The notes: generated from the sequence alone by a model not told the origin. A stretch of DNA of 64,000 bases from Candidatus Micrarchaeia archaeon (GCA_046331685.1 JAXLQI010000007.1:1862-65861), one strand, 5' to 3'. Counted from the first letter of the stretch, positions 44,857 to 58,522 are shown. Numbers and translations are program-made.

Positions 44857-46101
44857 ATGGAATCCGTCGAGTGCCTCGGCGCTTCGCGTGAAGTCGGGCG
44901 CAGCGCCTTCATCCTCAACACTGACAAGAGGATAATCCTCGATTACGGCATCAAGATATTCGACCTGGAAGGCAAGCCGAAGTTCCCGCTCCAGACGACT
45001 GTGCGCCCGGATCTCGCGATACTCTCGCACGCGCACCTCGACCACAGCGGATGCATCCCGGCTCTCTACACAGAGAACCATATCAGGTGGTACTCGACGC
45101 CCCCCACCAAGGACATCTGCGAGATCCTCTGGGCGGACTCGATGAAGATCATGGGCGACGGCCTGCCGTACCGGGTCCCCCACCTCAAGAAAGCCCTCAA
45201 GTCGTGGGACCCCCTGCTCTACCGGAAGCCGATCCGGACCGGGGAGACGAAGATAGAGCTCTTCGACGCCGGCCATATCGCCGGCTCGTCCATGGTCGAG
45301 ATCGAGCATGAGGGGAAGACGTTCTTCTACACCGGGGATTTCAAGTGCGAGGAGACGTGCATGCACCAGGCCGCGAAATACATCGACGGGGCCGATTACC
45401 TCATGATCGAGAGCACGTACGCCAAAAGGGAGCACCCCCCCCGCAGGGAGATCGAGGACAAGCTGATGGAGCACATCTACAGCACCCTCGATGACGGCGG
45501 GAACGTATTGATGCCGTCCTTCGCCCTTGGCAGGACGCAGGAGCTGATATCCCTCATCCGCCAGCACGACCATGAGATCCCGGTCTATGTCGACGGGATG
45601 GGAAGGGACATCACCAAGATCTACCTCAAGTACCCGCAGTACATCAAAGACCCCGGCGCATTCAAGAAGGCGGTCAGGAGCGTGACCATGGTCGAAGGCA
45701 TGCCGGAAAAGAGGGCTGCCACAAGGGAGCCTTCGGTGATAATATCCAGCGCCGGGATGATGAACGGCGGCCCTGTCCTGAACTACCTCTTCAACGTGAA
45801 CAGCGAGTCGAAGGTCATATTCACCGGGTACTGCGTCGAGGGGACGAACGGCTGGATGCTCCAGAACAAAGGGGCGATAATGAAAGACGAGCAGGAGCTC
45901 CAGATAGACCTTCCTGTCGAATACCTCGACTTCTCCGCCCACGCAGGACGCTCAGAGATACTCGAGTTCATAAAAAGGGCCAACCCGCAGAAAGTCCTGC
46001 TGGTGCATGGCGACAAACCCGAGGAGTTCGCCCGGGAGCTCAAGGAAGAGCACGGGTTCGACGCGCTCGCTCCGCTCCCCGGCGAGAAGGTCATGCTCTA
46101 G
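44857..46101 (+). CDS. Beta-CASP metallo-beta-lactamase ribonuclease (aCPSF2-like)
   Basis: HAHLDHSG metallo-beta-lactamase motif 2. ~414 aa without N-terminal KH domains. C-terminal VLLVHGD motif. Confidence 0.8.
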   Translation: MESVECLGASREVGRSAFILNTDKRIILDYGIKIFDLEGKPKFPLQTTVRPDLAILSHAHLDHSGCIPALYTENHIRWYSTPPTKDICEILWADSMKIMGDGLPYRVPHLKKALKSWDPLLYRKPIRTGETKIELFDAGHIAGSSMVEIEHEGKTFFYTGDFKCEETCMHQAAKYIDGADYLMIESTYAKREHPPRREIEDKLMEHIYSTLDDGGNVLMPSFALGRTQELISLIRQHDHEIPVYVDGMGRDITKIYLKYPQYIKDPGAFKKAVRSVTMVEGMPEKRAATREPSVIISSAGMMNGGPVLNYLFNVNSESKVIFTGYCVEGTNGWMLQNKGAIMKDEQELQIDLPVEYLDFSAHAGRSEILEFIKRANPQKVLLVHGDKPEEFARELKEEHGFDALAPLPGEKVML

Positions 46102-47386
46102 GTTTTTTCCCCGGCCGCCCGATATGCTCGAGTATCAGCATCTCCTCATGGTAGGATAGATGGGATCTCGACTTCGCGTATTCCCGGAAAAACCTCATTA
46201 TCGCGTCCGAGGCATCCGTGACCGGACGCCTGAGCGTGGCATGGATCTTCTTGTCTTTCGAGGTGAACCTGGAGCCGGGATGGCTTGCCCGGAAAAGCGC
46301 GACATGCTTCTTCATGGAAAGAGGCGGGCCTGCGACCTGCACTGTCGGAGGCAGGGTCCCTTTGCTGAGGATGACCGCGAGCCGGACCAGGTGCCTGCTG
46401 TCGTCAGGGAGTATCTTCCTCGGCCCGAAATCCTTCAAGGCAGAGCCGAGCTGGCCGACCAGCTTGTTGATCTGGCCCCAGAGGACATCGTCCACCACCT
46501 CCGGCCGCGGCATCGAGAGTAGATAGAGCTCGCCCTTTCCCCATTCCGCGGCCACCCTCTCCTCGAAAGTCGGCGGCGTCCGGAAGAAGAACTCCTCGGA
46601 CGGGGCCGAGAGGAATTCCCTGCTCAGGGCGATGAGGCGGGAAAGGTTCTCGCGCGAGAGGGCCGCCGCGACGTTCCTGTTCCGGTCGGTGGGATCCACC
46701 ATCACGAACATGCTGCCGAAACGGCTGAGAGCGTCAGCGACCTCTTTCTTGCCCTTGTAGTATCCTTTAATGTCGATGAAGACCGGCTCCTTCCATTTCG
46801 AGGCCGCTTTCACCAACTTCTGGAAAGATCCGTACCGGACTATGAGCAGCTCGCACAGATAACCGGAAAGCCCCTGGATCTTTATCTCGGCGCCATAGAG
46901 CGAATTCGCCCGGAGGAACTGCTTGAGGAGGAGGACGTCGCCTATCTGCCCGGGCTTGAGGGCCCCGATTATGAAATCAGTGTGCAGGACCGAGCGGTCG
47001 ACCGCGCTGATCCGCTCCGATGAGTCGGTTATACGGTATGCCGGCACCAGGTCTATCCTGCGCCCTTCGAAATGGAAACGGACGTAGGGGTGCTCGGCAT
47101 AGCTCAGCTGGTACTCGAGCAGGGGGAATGCGCTGTCCATTATCCGGCGCACCGCCCCCTCAAGGCCCTCCCTCGGGAACGAGCGGTCGAAGAGCACGAA
47201 TATGTCGATGTCCCTCTTGTCGCGGAGGAATGTCTTCTTCGCCATCGAGCCGGTCAGCACGACCTGGCAGCCAGGCGGGGCGTTGCCTGCGATATGGTCG
47301 ACCATTATCTTCGTGAATTCCAACTCCCCTGACATCTCTTCCGGACTCGGCCGGATAGCCGCCAGCACGCGGGAAAGGAATTTCAT
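46091..47386 (-). CDS. cca: tRNA CCA-adding enzyme (class I, archaeal)
   Basis: GSMAKKTFLRDKRDIDIFVLF nucleotidyltransferase motif. ~430 aa. Confidence 0.8.
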   Translation of the reverse strand: MKFLSRVLAAIRPSPEEMSGELEFTKIMVDHIAGNAPPGCQVVLTGSMAKKTFLRDKRDIDIFVLFDRSFPREGLEGAVRRIMDSAFPLLEYQLSYAEHPYVRFHFEGRRIDLVPAYRITDSSERISAVDRSVLHTDFIIGALKPGQIGDVLLLKQFLRANSLYGAEIKIQGLSGYLCELLIVRYGSFQKLVKAASKWKEPVFIDIKGYYKGKKEVADALSRFGSMFVMVDPTDRNRNVAAALSRENLSRLIALSREFLSAPSEEFFFRTPPTFEERVAAEWGKGELYLLSMPRPEVVDDVLWGQINKLVGQLGSALKDFGPRKILPDDSRHLVRLAVILSKGTLPPTVQVAGPPLSMKKHVALFRASHPGSRFTSKDKKIHATLRRPVTDASDAIMRFFREYAKSRSHLSYHEEMLILEHIGRPGKKPRA

Positions 47387-47436
47387 GCATTAGGCTCCCC
47401 AGCAAGGTTTTAAAAGAACGCGATGGAATCTGGACT

Positions 47437-49707
47437 ATGCGACGTTCGTCAGCTCTTCTGCTCGTGCTTGTACTGTTCCTCGGCTTCGGCTGCATCAGCG
47501 AGACCAGATATGACAGCAAGAACACCGAGCAGCTCGCCAATACCCAGTCCGCCGATCTGGACAACGACGGCAGCCCGGATTACCTCGTGTACGATTACTC
47601 CCCGGTCAGCGTTGCGAATTCCGGCATGAAGCTCCAGCGCCAGATCACAGTAAGCGTGGACAGCGGCGGGAGCTTCACCGGCGTCAATCCGAACCTCACA
47701 GATGTCGATCTCCTGGTGGCGGACCAGAGCCTCGAGGAGTTCTCGAAATCAAGGCAGCAGGCCGACAGCGCGTGCAGCGCGAACATCGGCCTCAGCAACG
47801 TCGTCTGCTCGGACATCACCACCTGCAGCAAGCTCTGCTCGAGCGCTTCGCCGAAATGCAGGAAGATCGCTTCATCCTACGAGGAAGCCCTCGCCGGTAA
47901 CATGATAGACTACGTGTCGGCCAACAACCAGATAAGGAGCCTCCTCCTGGATGCGCGGAAGAGCATCCTCGACCTCCGGAACTCCTCGGATGAGCAGAGG
48001 AACGAGTTCTACGGGAAGCTGCGCTCCATAGTGTCGAAAGTCGCGGAGATCAACGCCAACCCGATCTACACAGACTCCGACCTGGGGCTGTGCTCGCATT
48101 CGGATTTCGGCGTCCCTTCCATAACCGAGGCCGCGGACAAGATTGGCCCGCATTCGAACGAGAATTCGAGCTACCTCTACAAGGTCGTCATATCAGTCAA
48201 GCCTGTCTCCGCCGACGCAGGATCCGATGTCGGCGGCGTCTCGGTCACGGACAGGATGCCGAAAGGCTCGATACCGCAGTCCGAGGAGCAGCTCCGCTCC
48301 CTCCAGCCGATCTCGGTCTCCGAGAGCGGAAACGATGTGGACGTCGTCTGGAGCTCCTCGAAGAGCAACCGCGAGGGATACGTGTTGTATTACTCGTTCC
48401 GGTCCAACGACGCCCCCGACACGGTGCTGGCCTCGCTCCGGAGCCCTGACCTGAAGGTCAGGACGCTCAACCTCGCTTTCCTCGCGCCGACAAAGGCACT
48501 GTTCAACCTCGTCTATGGCATTGGCGGCAATTATTACATCGCCCTCGGCACCGCGCTCGCCCTGACTCTCGCGCTCATCCTGCTCGCTTACAACTTCCTC
48601 GTCCTCGTCTTCACCATGGTGAGCGAGCGGGCTGCCGGCATGAACGTCACGGTAGCGTTCCGGAAGGCTTTCGGCAGGACCGACGTGAAATGGAAGACCG
48701 ACATGGTCGTGGCCATCCTTTTCATAGGAGCCGGAGTATACGTGGCATCCACGATGGCGCAGCAGCCGGCATCGGTCCCGGCGCTCACAGAGACGCTGGA
48801 CTTCCTCCTCAAGAGCGAATGGGGGATCGTCGCGATCGGCCTAGTCCTGATCGGGGTCCTCATGGCTTATTTCGCGATAGAGAACTTCGCGAAGATCACG
48901 ATGCTGGAACGCGTGTACGGCATGGTCATCCGCCAGGAGAAAGACATGTTCCTCGCCAAAGCCGCAACCCTCAAGGACAAGATCAAGGAGCTCGAGGCGC
49001 TGATCGAGGAGTACACAAAGGACGACTTCGACGTCTCGAAGGAATATGACCTCCTCACATCCATGAAGTCCGAGAAGATAGACTCCATATCCAAGGAGAT
49101 GACCGCACGGACCAAGACAGTGATCGAGGACAACCTGAGCAAGGTCGAGAGCGCTGTTTCCGGGCTCCGGGAGAAGAAGAAGATTGCCGACGACAACTGG
49201 CCCAAATGGAAGGAGAGCATCGCCAAGATGCTGGATGAGCAGGACGAGGTCTACACCTCATCACTGATCACAGTCCCGAGCTCGCTCCGCTCGTGGGCCC
49301 TCGGAAGGTTCGTCCGGGAGGAAGGCTCCGAAGGCATCACATTCGAAAGGGACTCCCTCAAGAAGAGGAAGGTCACCCCCGCCCAGCTTGTGCAGGAGAT
49401 GATCGCGAAAGGGCTGATCAGGGGGGCGATAGTCCTGAAGCAGGATAAGGTCGTGATCGCCGAATTCTCCGAGGGGAGCAGCACGCTCATGACCGCCCTC
49501 GCACTGAAGCTGAATTCGTATGCCCAGTCGCTGGGCAAGAACCTCAGCCTGAGCCCGCCGCAGAGCATCGTCACCGTCGGAGAGAAACGGGTGATGGTCC
49601 TCATGAAGAGCAGGAGCGTGGATTCCGTCCTTTTCCTCGGCAAGGACAGGTTCAACGAAGCGATCGAGCAATGGAAAGCGAAGATCAAGATATTCGAGGC
49701 CGGCTGA
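47437..49707 (+). CDS. Lipobox-containing extracellular protein with internal TM segments and C-terminal coiled-coil
   Basis: LLVLVLFLGFGC signal/lipobox. Cys-rich patch (CSDITTCSKLCSSASPKC). Hydrophobic helices around aa 370-480. Confidence 0.45.
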   Translation: MRRSSALLLVLVLFLGFGCISETRYDSKNTEQLANTQSADLDNDGSPDYLVYDYSPVSVANSGMKLQRQITVSVDSGGSFTGVNPNLTDVDLLVADQSLEEFSKSRQQADSACSANIGLSNVVCSDITTCSKLCSSASPKCRKIASSYEEALAGNMIDYVSANNQIRSLLLDARKSILDLRNSSDEQRNEFYGKLRSIVSKVAEINANPIYTDSDLGLCSHSDFGVPSITEAADKIGPHSNENSSYLYKVVISVKPVSADAGSDVGGVSVTDRMPKGSIPQSEEQLRSLQPISVSESGNDVDVVWSSSKSNREGYVLYYSFRSNDAPDTVLASLRSPDLKVRTLNLAFLAPTKALFNLVYGIGGNYYIALGTALALTLALILLAYNFLVLVFTMVSERAAGMNVTVAFRKAFGRTDVKWKTDMVVAILFIGAGVYVASTMAQQPASVPALTETLDFLLKSEWGIVAIGLVLIGVLMAYFAIENFAKITMLERVYGMVIRQEKDMFLAKAATLKDKIKELEALIEEYTKDDFDVSKEYDLLTSMKSEKIDSISKEMTARTKTVIEDNLSKVESAVSGLREKKKIADDNWPKWKESIAKMLDEQDEVYTSSLITVPSSLRSWALGRFVREEGSEGITFERDSLKKRKVTPAQLVQEMIAKGLIRGAIVLKQDKVVIAEFSEGSSTLMTALALKLNSYAQSLGKNLSLSPPQSIVTVGEKRVMVLMKSRSVDSVLFLGKDRFNEAIEQWKAKIKIFEAG

Positions 49708-50799
49708 TCAGCCGGATACACCCATCTTCGGGGGCCTTGATACCCTCCTCTGCCTCAGCTCGTCCTGGATCGCGCCTGCGAGGGCCTTTATGCCGCTCTC
49801 CCTGGGGGCTTTGGGATCCAAGCGCTCAGACGGGACTTGCGGCGCCTTGAGAAACACATCCGAGGGACTCCGGCCTCCGGGCCTGACCGATTCCTTCACT
49901 ATATCGACGAATCTTATCTCCGCCACGCAATCCGCATGGTCAGAGAGGATCTGCCCCGCCTCGAGCCGGTGCTCTTTCGATACCCAACAGCTTTCAGCCA
50001 CCGCGAGGAGGCCGAGTATCACATCCGCGTCCAGCCTCATCATGGACTTCCGGATGAGGGAATCAGCGGACTGGTCGAACATCATCGTGGCCCTGGCCCG
50101 CACGACCTCAGGGACCGTGCCGTCTGATGCTATCGCGGCCAGCTCGCGGAAGCACCCGCTAAGCGCGTATACCCGCACGGCCTCGTTGAGGAACCTCATG
50201 GCCCGGTCCCGTGAAAGCGGGTCGATATCGAAAGCGTATATGGGCAGGTCGTCAGACACGGCGAAAACCAGCTCCCGGAACTGCCGTGGCTCCAGGAAAA
50301 GCCCGAAATCCGGGTGGATCTCGAAGCGGCCCGGGACGGGCTCCGTTATCAGGCCCGCCGCCCGGTCGGCAGCGATCATGCGCACGGTGTCTTCGCAGCG
50401 GTCCCATAGCGCGATCTCTATAAGGTCTCCAAGGCGGTTTGCCGGATCGTTCACCACCGCCCCTGAGACCGAATGGAGCCATTTACGGACTATCTCGCCC
50501 CGGAGGATCCTGGGGAGCTCTTTTTCCCTGGAAAGATCGAGCAGCGCGCGGAAACCAAGGGCGGACACGGCACCTTCGATGACCGCATACGCAGAGGAGA
50601 GGTAAAGCTGGTCGGCGCCGTCAGCGAGATCGTTGGTGAATATCATGCGTCCTGTGAGACGGGGCAGATGCCTGCCGACCTCCCAGGGGACAGAACCGTG
50701 GTCCAGCAGCGCGGAGAGGCAAGCCACCCTGGCCTTCTCGATGGAACCGTAGTTGGCTCCTATGAATAGCTCTAAGGGCCCGGATTGGTCGTCTTGCAT
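49708..50799 (-). CDS. Hypothetical protein
   Basis: Start moved to the internal ATG at 50799 (MQDDQSGPLELFIG). The antisense S/R-rich ORF is judged spurious. Confidence 0.4.
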   Translation of the reverse strand: MQDDQSGPLELFIGANYGSIEKARVACLSALLDHGSVPWEVGRHLPRLTGRMIFTNDLADGADQLYLSSAYAVIEGAVSALGFRALLDLSREKELPRILRGEIVRKWLHSVSGAVVNDPANRLGDLIEIALWDRCEDTVRMIAADRAAGLITEPVPGRFEIHPDFGLFLEPRQFRELVFAVSDDLPIYAFDIDPLSRDRAMRFLNEAVRVYALSGCFRELAAIASDGTVPEVVRARATMMFDQSADSLIRKSMMRLDADVILGLLAVAESCWVSKEHRLEAGQILSDHADCVAEIRFVDIVKESVRPGGRSPSDVFLKAPQVPSERLDPKAPRESGIKALAGAIQDELRQRRVSRPPKMGVSG

Positions 50800-51011
50800 A
50801 ATGTGGCATTGGCCGGAACTGTTTTTAAGGTTACTCAAAGTCAATGATTGTGTAATCATAAGCCACCGCCACCCCATTCCGGCGCTGCGGGAGGAAGTGC
50901 AAAACCGGCCGGAAAAGGGGCCCAAACAATACGAATTTAAAGCCTTTCAGGCAATGTAATTCCGCTAATCTCTACGACGTGGATTTAAGACAGGTAACCA
51001 GTGGTATCTTT

Positions 51012-52901
<1,890 letters not shown>

Positions 52902-52909
52902 ATGATCAT

Positions 52910-55324
52910 ATGCCTGAAACCATCACGAACAGAACAATCGAAGCCGACATGAAGGAAAGCTACCTCGATTACGCGATGTCGGTCATAATCGGCCGGGCGA
53001 TCCCGGACGTCAGGGACGGCCTCAAGCCTGTCCACAGGAGGATCCTCTTCGGCATGCAGGACCTGGGCAACGTCTATGGCAAGCCGACCAAGAAGAGCGC
53101 GCGCATCGTCGGTGAAGTCCTCGGCAAATACCATCCTCATGGCGACCTGGCCGTCTATGACGCCCTGGTGCGGATGGCCCAGCCTTTTTCGCTCCGGTAT
53201 ATGCTGGTAGAAGGCCAGGGCAACATGGGTTCGATCGACGGGGACTCTCCGGCCGCGATGAGGTATACCGAAGTGAGGATGGCCAAGATCACACTTGAGA
53301 TGCTTTCGGACATCGACAAAGAGACCGTCCCCTTCACAGACAATTTCGACGGCACCCTCAAGGAGCCGACGGTCCTTCCGGCGAAGATCCCGAACCTGCT
53401 GATCAACGGCTCATCAGGCATCGCGGTAGGCATGGCGACCAACATGCCGCCGCACAATCTCGGCGAAGTGATCGATGCCACGATCGCGCTCATCGATGGG
53501 GGTGACGAAGAGCAGGTCATCAAGCTCGTCAGCGGGCCGGATTTCCCGACCGGCGGGATAGTGGTGGGCCGCGGAGGCATCCTTGAAGCTTACAAGACCG
53601 GACGAGGGGTCATCAAAGTCCGCGGAAGGGCGGTCAAGGATGAGAAAAGGAACGCGATAATAATCAGCGAGATCCCCTACCAGATCACGAAGACCGCGGT
53701 CATAGAATCCATAGTCGAGGCGGTGAGGAACAAGAAGATAGAAGGCATAAGCGGAGTGCACGACCGGTCGGACAAGGAGGGGATGGAGGTCATAGTCGAC
53801 CTGAAGAAAGGCTCGGACCCCGACATCGTCCTCAACCAGCTGTACGCCCACACACAGCTGCAGACCTCGTTCGGCATTATCAATCTCGCGATAGCGGACA
53901 AGCACCCCAAGGTCATGCCGCTATTCCAGATAATAAACGAGTTCCTCGAGTTCAGGAAAGCCATCGTCCGCAAGCGGAGCGAGTTCGAGCTCAAGGAAGC
54001 CCAGGCAAGGGCGCATATCCTCGAAGGGCTCAGGATCGCGCTCGAGAACATCGATCCCATCGTCGAATTCCTACGCAGATCGAAGAATATCGAGGACGCA
54101 CGCGCCGGGCTGATGAGCAGATACAGGCTCAGCGAGCTCCAGGCCAATGCCATACTCGACATGAGATTATCGAAGCTCATCGCCCTCGAGCGGGAGAAGA
54201 TCGAGAACGAATACCAGGAGCTGGTGAAAAAGATCGCCTGGCTCAAGGAAGTCCTTGCTGATGTGAACAAGATACTGGATATCATCAAGGCCGAGCTCCG
54301 CGAGATCAAGGAGAGATACGGCGACCCGAGACGCACCGAGATCATCGATGGCGACGGCGGCGATCTGGACATCGAATCGCTCATCCCCAACGACGAGGTC
54401 GTCGTGGTGATCAGCGGCCGGGGCTATGTCAAGAGGGTGGGACTGGATGAATACCGGTCCCAGCACCGCGGCGGCAAGGGAGTGATCGGCACCGACACCA
54501 AGGAGGAGGACATCGTGCAGGATGTCATAGTCACCCGGAACCACAACTACCTCCTGCTTTTCACCGACAAGGGAAGGGCTTTCTGGCTGAAGGCCTACCG
54601 CGTGCCCGAAGGCAGCAGGTATGCCACCGGCAAGACGCTCGTGAGCCTCCTCGACCTTAAGGAGGAGAGGGTGACGTCATGGATCAGCGTCGAGAGGTTC
54701 GACAGCGGCGAATACCTGTCCATGGTGACCAGGAACGGCATCATCAAGAGGACGGCCCTTGATAATTTCAGCAACGTCCGCAAGGTCGGCATCATAGCCA
54801 TCACGCTCAAGGAAGGCGACCGCCTCGTCGAGGTAATCAAGACCGACGGGAAGCAGGAGCTCATCCTCGCCACCAAGAAAGGCCAGTCCATCCGCTTCAG
54901 GGAGGAGGACGCCCGCGAGATCGGCAGGACCGGCCAGGGCGTGATCGGGATCAGGTTCAAGGAGGGCACGGACGAGGTCGTGGGCATAACAGCGTGCAGG
55001 AAACCGGCCATCCTCACGATAACCGAAAACGGATTCGGCAAGAGGACCTCGATCGACGAATACCGTGTCCAGGGCCGCGGAGGGTCAGGCGTCATCAACA
55101 TCAAGACCGAAGGCCGCAACGGCGATGTGGTGGCGGTGCGGGCCGTCGACGACACCGACGAGGTCATCGTAATGAGCTCCAAGGGGCAGGCGATCCGGAC
55201 CTACATCAAGGACATCTCGGTCATAGGCAGGAACACCCAGGGCGTGACGATAATCAGGCTCGGAGAAGGCGAGAAGGTCGCCAGCTTCGCGGTGGTGCCG
55301 AAAAGCGAAGCTGATACTGCCTGA
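52910..55324 (+). CDS. gyrA: DNA gyrase subunit A
   Basis: [12 protein letters not shown] (active-site Tyr). [11 protein letters not shown]-terminal beta-pinwheel repeats. Confidence 0.9.
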   Translation: MPETITNRTIEADMKESYLDYAMSVIIGRAIPDVRDGLKPVHRRILFGMQDLGNVYGKPTKKSARIVGEVLGKYHPHGDLAVYDALVRMAQPFSLRYMLVEGQGNMGSIDGDSPAAMRYTEVRMAKITLEMLSDIDKETVPFTDNFDGTLKEPTVLPAKIPNLLINGSSGIAVGMATNMPPHNLGEVIDATIALIDGGDEEQVIKLVSGPDFPTGGIVVGRGGILEAYKTGRGVIKVRGRAVKDEKRNAIIISEIPYQITKTAVIESIVEAVRNKKIEGISGVHDRSDKEGMEVIVDLKKGSDPDIVLNQLYAHTQLQTSFGIINLAIADKHPKVMPLFQIINEFLEFRKAIVRKRSEFELKEAQARAHILEGLRIALENIDPIVEFLRRSKNIEDARAGLMSRYRLSELQANAILDMRLSKLIALEREKIENEYQELVKKIAWLKEVLADVNKILDIIKAELREIKERYGDPRRTEIIDGDGGDLDIESLIPNDEVVVVISGRGYVKRVGLDEYRSQHRGGKGVIGTDTKEEDIVQDVIVTRNHNYLLLFTDKGRAFWLKAYRVPEGSRYATGKTLVSLLDLKEERVTSWISVERFDSGEYLSMVTRNGIIKRTALDNFSNVRKVGIIAITLKEGDRLVEVIKTDGKQELILATKKGQSIRFREEDAREIGRTGQGVIGIRFKEGTDEVVGITACRKPAILTITENGFGKRTSIDEYRVQGRGGSGVINIKTEGRNGDVVAVRAVDDTDEVIVMSSKGQAIRTYIKDISVIGRNTQGVTIIRLGEGEKVASFAVVPKSEADTA

Positions 55325-55327
55325 GCA

Positions 55328-56047
55328 TCAGCGGATATTGCGTGTCCATGCCATGGGGTCTGCGGCCTCTCCGTCGTTCTCCACGACGACGACCGCGAGG
55401 CGCTCAGAAGGCCGGACCAGCAGGTTGACGCCGATCCACCATGGATTATATCTCGATCCGCCTCCCCGTGCCAGCAGGCCCACACGCTTCTCGGCCATCC
55501 ACAGGTATTCATTATCAGGGGACTCCCTGAAAAGCAGGGATCCGCTCGGTATACCGAAAACAGGATCCCATGAATAGAACCCCTGCCCTGCCGGGAAGTC
55601 CTTCACTGCCCCGACCGTATCAGCGTGTATCACACGGTTCCTTCCATCGCTCTCGATCACGAAGTCCGGGTGCTCTGCCACAAGAGCGATGTTCCGCTCG
55701 CCGGCGAATTCTGGCGGCACAGGGAACACGTAGCGCAGGCCGGACTCCGGATCCGTGTATTCGATGCTGGAACCGAGCTTCCGGTACGCTTTCTCATAAG
55801 CGACGAATGTCCCGCTCCAGCACGGGAAGGCCTTCGTCAGCAGCCGGACGCTATGCATGTCAGGCTGATCCGTGCTTTCCAGTATCCTGCCGAGCCATGC
55901 GAGGATCATCATATTCGGAGCGAGCGTAAGGCCTGACTGGTCCGCCTTCCTTATGGCTTCTTCCATAGGGACCCCTTCCGAGACCGGCACCATGATACGG
56001 AGGTTTTTGCTTTCAGGCTGAAAGCCGGGAAGCATGATTCTGCCCAT
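55328..56047 (-). CDS. Hypothetical protein
   Basis: 239-aa ORF. No motif recognised. Confidence 0.4.
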   Translation of the reverse strand: MGRIMLPGFQPESKNLRIMVPVSEGVPMEEAIRKADQSGLTLAPNMMILAWLGRILESTDQPDMHSVRLLTKAFPCWSGTFVAYEKAYRKLGSSIEYTDPESGLRYVFPVPPEFAGERNIALVAEHPDFVIESDGRNRVIHADTVGAVKDFPAGQGFYSWDPVFGIPSGSLLFRESPDNEYLWMAEKRVGLLARGGGSRYNPWWIGVNLLVRPSERLAVVVVENDGEAADPMAWTRNIR

Positions 56048-56100
56048 GGATTGTTATGGCCTGAATCAGTTTATAAAATACCACGTTTTAACACAAATAA

Positions 56101-57177
56101 TCAGATATCTATGATGAGGCCCCTGCCCTCCCTGCGGGCCTGCGTCCCAAGGTCCCTGCACTGCCTGATCATCCGATCACATATCTCCCCTGCCACCGGC
56201 TCCGTGGCAAGATTGGCCTGGCAGCCCGAGATGACGACCGGGATAAGCTCCAGCCCCACTGTCCTTTTCGAAACCTCATCTATGTCCAGCATGAAGATGA
56301 ACGACCAGTCGTTCCTGAGATATCCGTCCACGGCATAATCATCGATGAAATCGCCCGTGCCGTAGAGGATAGGCTTGTTTTTGTAAATCTCAACTCCCTG
56401 GAAAACATGAGCGCTGTGGCCGTGGTATACGCCCACGCCGAGGTCGGCGAGCCGGTGGGCAAAACGCCTGAAAAGACCGCTCGGGCGCGCTGGCCAGTTG
56501 GGACCGAGGTGCAAGGAGCAGACAACCAGATCCGCTCCCCTCGCTTTTGCGGCCAAGCCATCGGCGCAGGCGGCCATCCTGGGCCAGATCGCAAGCTCAT
56601 TGAGGATCGGCCCGGCCAGGTTTCCAATGACAGGCAGCGCTTTCGCGCTCCTGAGGCTTTGACCGTACGGAATGTTATCCGCGGTCGGCCAGGTAGGGAC
56701 AAAATTGACTCCGGGCGCTCCTTCCTTCGCTTCCCATTCAGGGACATTGTCTGTGATGGAGATTACCGCGATCTTGATCCCGCAAGCCTCAAGGAATGCC
56801 GGCTTCGACGCTTCAGCGAGGTCCTTTCCAGCGCCAGCGTGCTTTATGCCTGCCCGATCAAGGCGCCGGATCATATCGAGCATGGCATCCTCGTTATAGT
56901 CGAGGGTATGGTTGTTGGCAAGGGACACGAAATCGATATCCGCAGCCTTCAGGACTTCGATAGCGTTCGGATCAGCCCGGAAATGGAACACCTTCTCGGT
57001 CCTTGTCCAAGGCTCCCCCCGGTCAGAGATGACGCACTCGAGGTTGATCATCCGGAGGTCGGCCTTCTCCAGCTCGCCGAGGGTGTCCCCCCATGGATAG
57101 CGCGGGCCTTTCTCCGAAATAGCCCTGCCGACACCGCGGCCCAGCATCACGTCCCCGAGGAATGCGAGCCTGACCAT
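56101..57177 (-). CDS. CapA/PGA_cap-family metallophosphatase-like protein
   Basis: MVRLAFLGDVMLGRGV...NLECVIS...VSLANNHTLDY. Confidence 0.7.
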   Translation of the reverse strand: MVRLAFLGDVMLGRGVGRAISEKGPRYPWGDTLGELEKADLRMINLECVISDRGEPWTRTEKVFHFRADPNAIEVLKAADIDFVSLANNHTLDYNEDAMLDMIRRLDRAGIKHAGAGKDLAEASKPAFLEACGIKIAVISITDNVPEWEAKEGAPGVNFVPTWPTADNIPYGQSLRSAKALPVIGNLAGPILNELAIWPRMAACADGLAAKARGADLVVCSLHLGPNWPARPSGLFRRFAHRLADLGVGVYHGHSAHVFQGVEIYKNKPILYGTGDFIDDYAVDGYLRNDWSFIFMLDIDEVSKRTVGLELIPVVISGCQANLATEPVAGEICDRMIRQCRDLGTQARREGRGLIIDI

Positions 57178-57207
57178 TCTTAACGACCTCCGTCCAATCT
57201 CACCACG

Positions 57208-57777
57208 ATGACCGACCAGTCGATATTCGGCATTGTAGCCGGCATTCTATCCTTCGCCGCATTCATCCCTTATATCCTCGCTATCCTTAAAAACAAGAAC
57301 CGGCCGAACCGCGCGACCTGGCTGATATGGACCGTGCTGGGGCTCGTGCTCCTCGCTAGCTACATCGCGGTAGGGGCGACCGACACGATATGGGTGCCCA
57401 TCGGCAACCAGATCGGCTTTTTCATAATAGTCGCGCTGTCGGTTAGGCATGGGGAGGGAGGGGTGAACAGGTTCGACATCGCGTGCCTCCTCGGGGCCGT
57501 GCTCGGCCTGGTCTCCTGGTGGCTGTCCGACTCGCCGCTCGTCGCGCTGCTGATGACGATAGCAGTCGACCTGATCGGGGCCCTGCCTACGATAAAGAAA
57601 TCCTACCTTGACCCGGGATCCGAGAACATTACGACATGGCTGCTGTTCAGCATAGCCAATTTCATCAACATCCTCGCCATAGGGTCATGGACGATAGGAA
57701 TCGCCGCCTATCCGGCCTACCTTTTCCTGATAAGCCTGCTGATATTCCTGATACTCTGCATCCGCAAATACTATTAA
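57208..57777 (+). CDS. Multi-TM membrane protein
   Basis: 6 predicted hydrophobic helices. Unknown family. Confidence 0.4.
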   Translation: MTDQSIFGIVAGILSFAAFIPYILAILKNKNRPNRATWLIWTVLGLVLLASYIAVGATDTIWVPIGNQIGFFIIVALSVRHGEGGVNRFDIACLLGAVLGLVSWWLSDSPLVALLMTIAVDLIGALPTIKKSYLDPGSENITTWLLFSIANFINILAIGSWTIGIAAYPAYLFLISLLIFLILCIRKYY

Positions 57778-57790
57778 AGGCTGGAAACGA

Positions 57791-58426
57791 ATGCAAACCA
57801 TGTTCAAGGACCGCTTCGAGGCCGGGGAGCAGCTTGCAGAGGCGCTATCGGCATACAAGGATGACCCGGATGCCATCGTCCTCGCGATTCCGCGGGGGGC
57901 GCTCCAGATCGGCAAGGTGCTCCATGAGAGGCTGGGGCTCCCTCTCGACATCATAGTGACCAAAAAGATCCCCCACCCTTCCAGCGAGGAGTACGCCATC
58001 GGCGCTGTCGGGCCTGACGGCGAATTCTTCGTGAATGAACATGCCGATGCCAGCCCGGGATATATCGAAGGAGAGCGCATGAGGCTCGAAAGCCTTGTCG
58101 AAGAGAAATACAGGAGATACCGCGGCGACCGGCCAAAACCGGCCCTGAAGGGGAGGACCGTGATCATCGTCGACGACGGGATAGCGACGGGGAGCACCCT
58201 GATAGCTGCGATACATGTCGTAAGGAAGCAGAAGGCCGGGAAGATCGTCGTCGCGGTCCCTGTCGGCGCGCCGGACAGCGTAGACAAGGTCGCGCGGGAA
58301 GCGGACGTGATGATCTGCCTGATGCGTCCGGGGTTCTTCTTCGCGATAGGCCAGTTCTATGAGAACTTCGTCCAGGTGGAGGATGAAGAGGCGATCGGGA
58401 TCCTGAAGGCATGCATGGAGGATTAG
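57791..58426 (+). CDS. Type I phosphoribosyltransferase-domain protein
   Basis: PRPP-binding motif VIIVDDGIATGST. Confidence 0.65.
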   Translation: MQTMFKDRFEAGEQLAEALSAYKDDPDAIVLAIPRGALQIGKVLHERLGLPLDIIVTKKIPHPSSEEYAIGAVGPDGEFFVNEHADASPGYIEGERMRLESLVEEKYRRYRGDRPKPALKGRTVIIVDDGIATGSTLIAAIHVVRKQKAGKIVVAVPVGAPDSVDKVAREADVMICLMRPGFFFAIGQFYENFVQVEDEEAIGILKACMED

Positions 58427-58522
58427 CACCGCCCGGCGGCTTCCGCCATCTGCGATACATGCGTGGGGATGGGCCCTCGCGATAACCGGCCGCTTAATAA
58501 ATGTTCTATGCATAGAACTCTC

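Noticed and set aside
49790-50605. 271-aa Ser/Arg-rich plus-strand ORF
   Set aside because: Extreme S/R bias; antisense to a compositionally normal 364-aa ORF.
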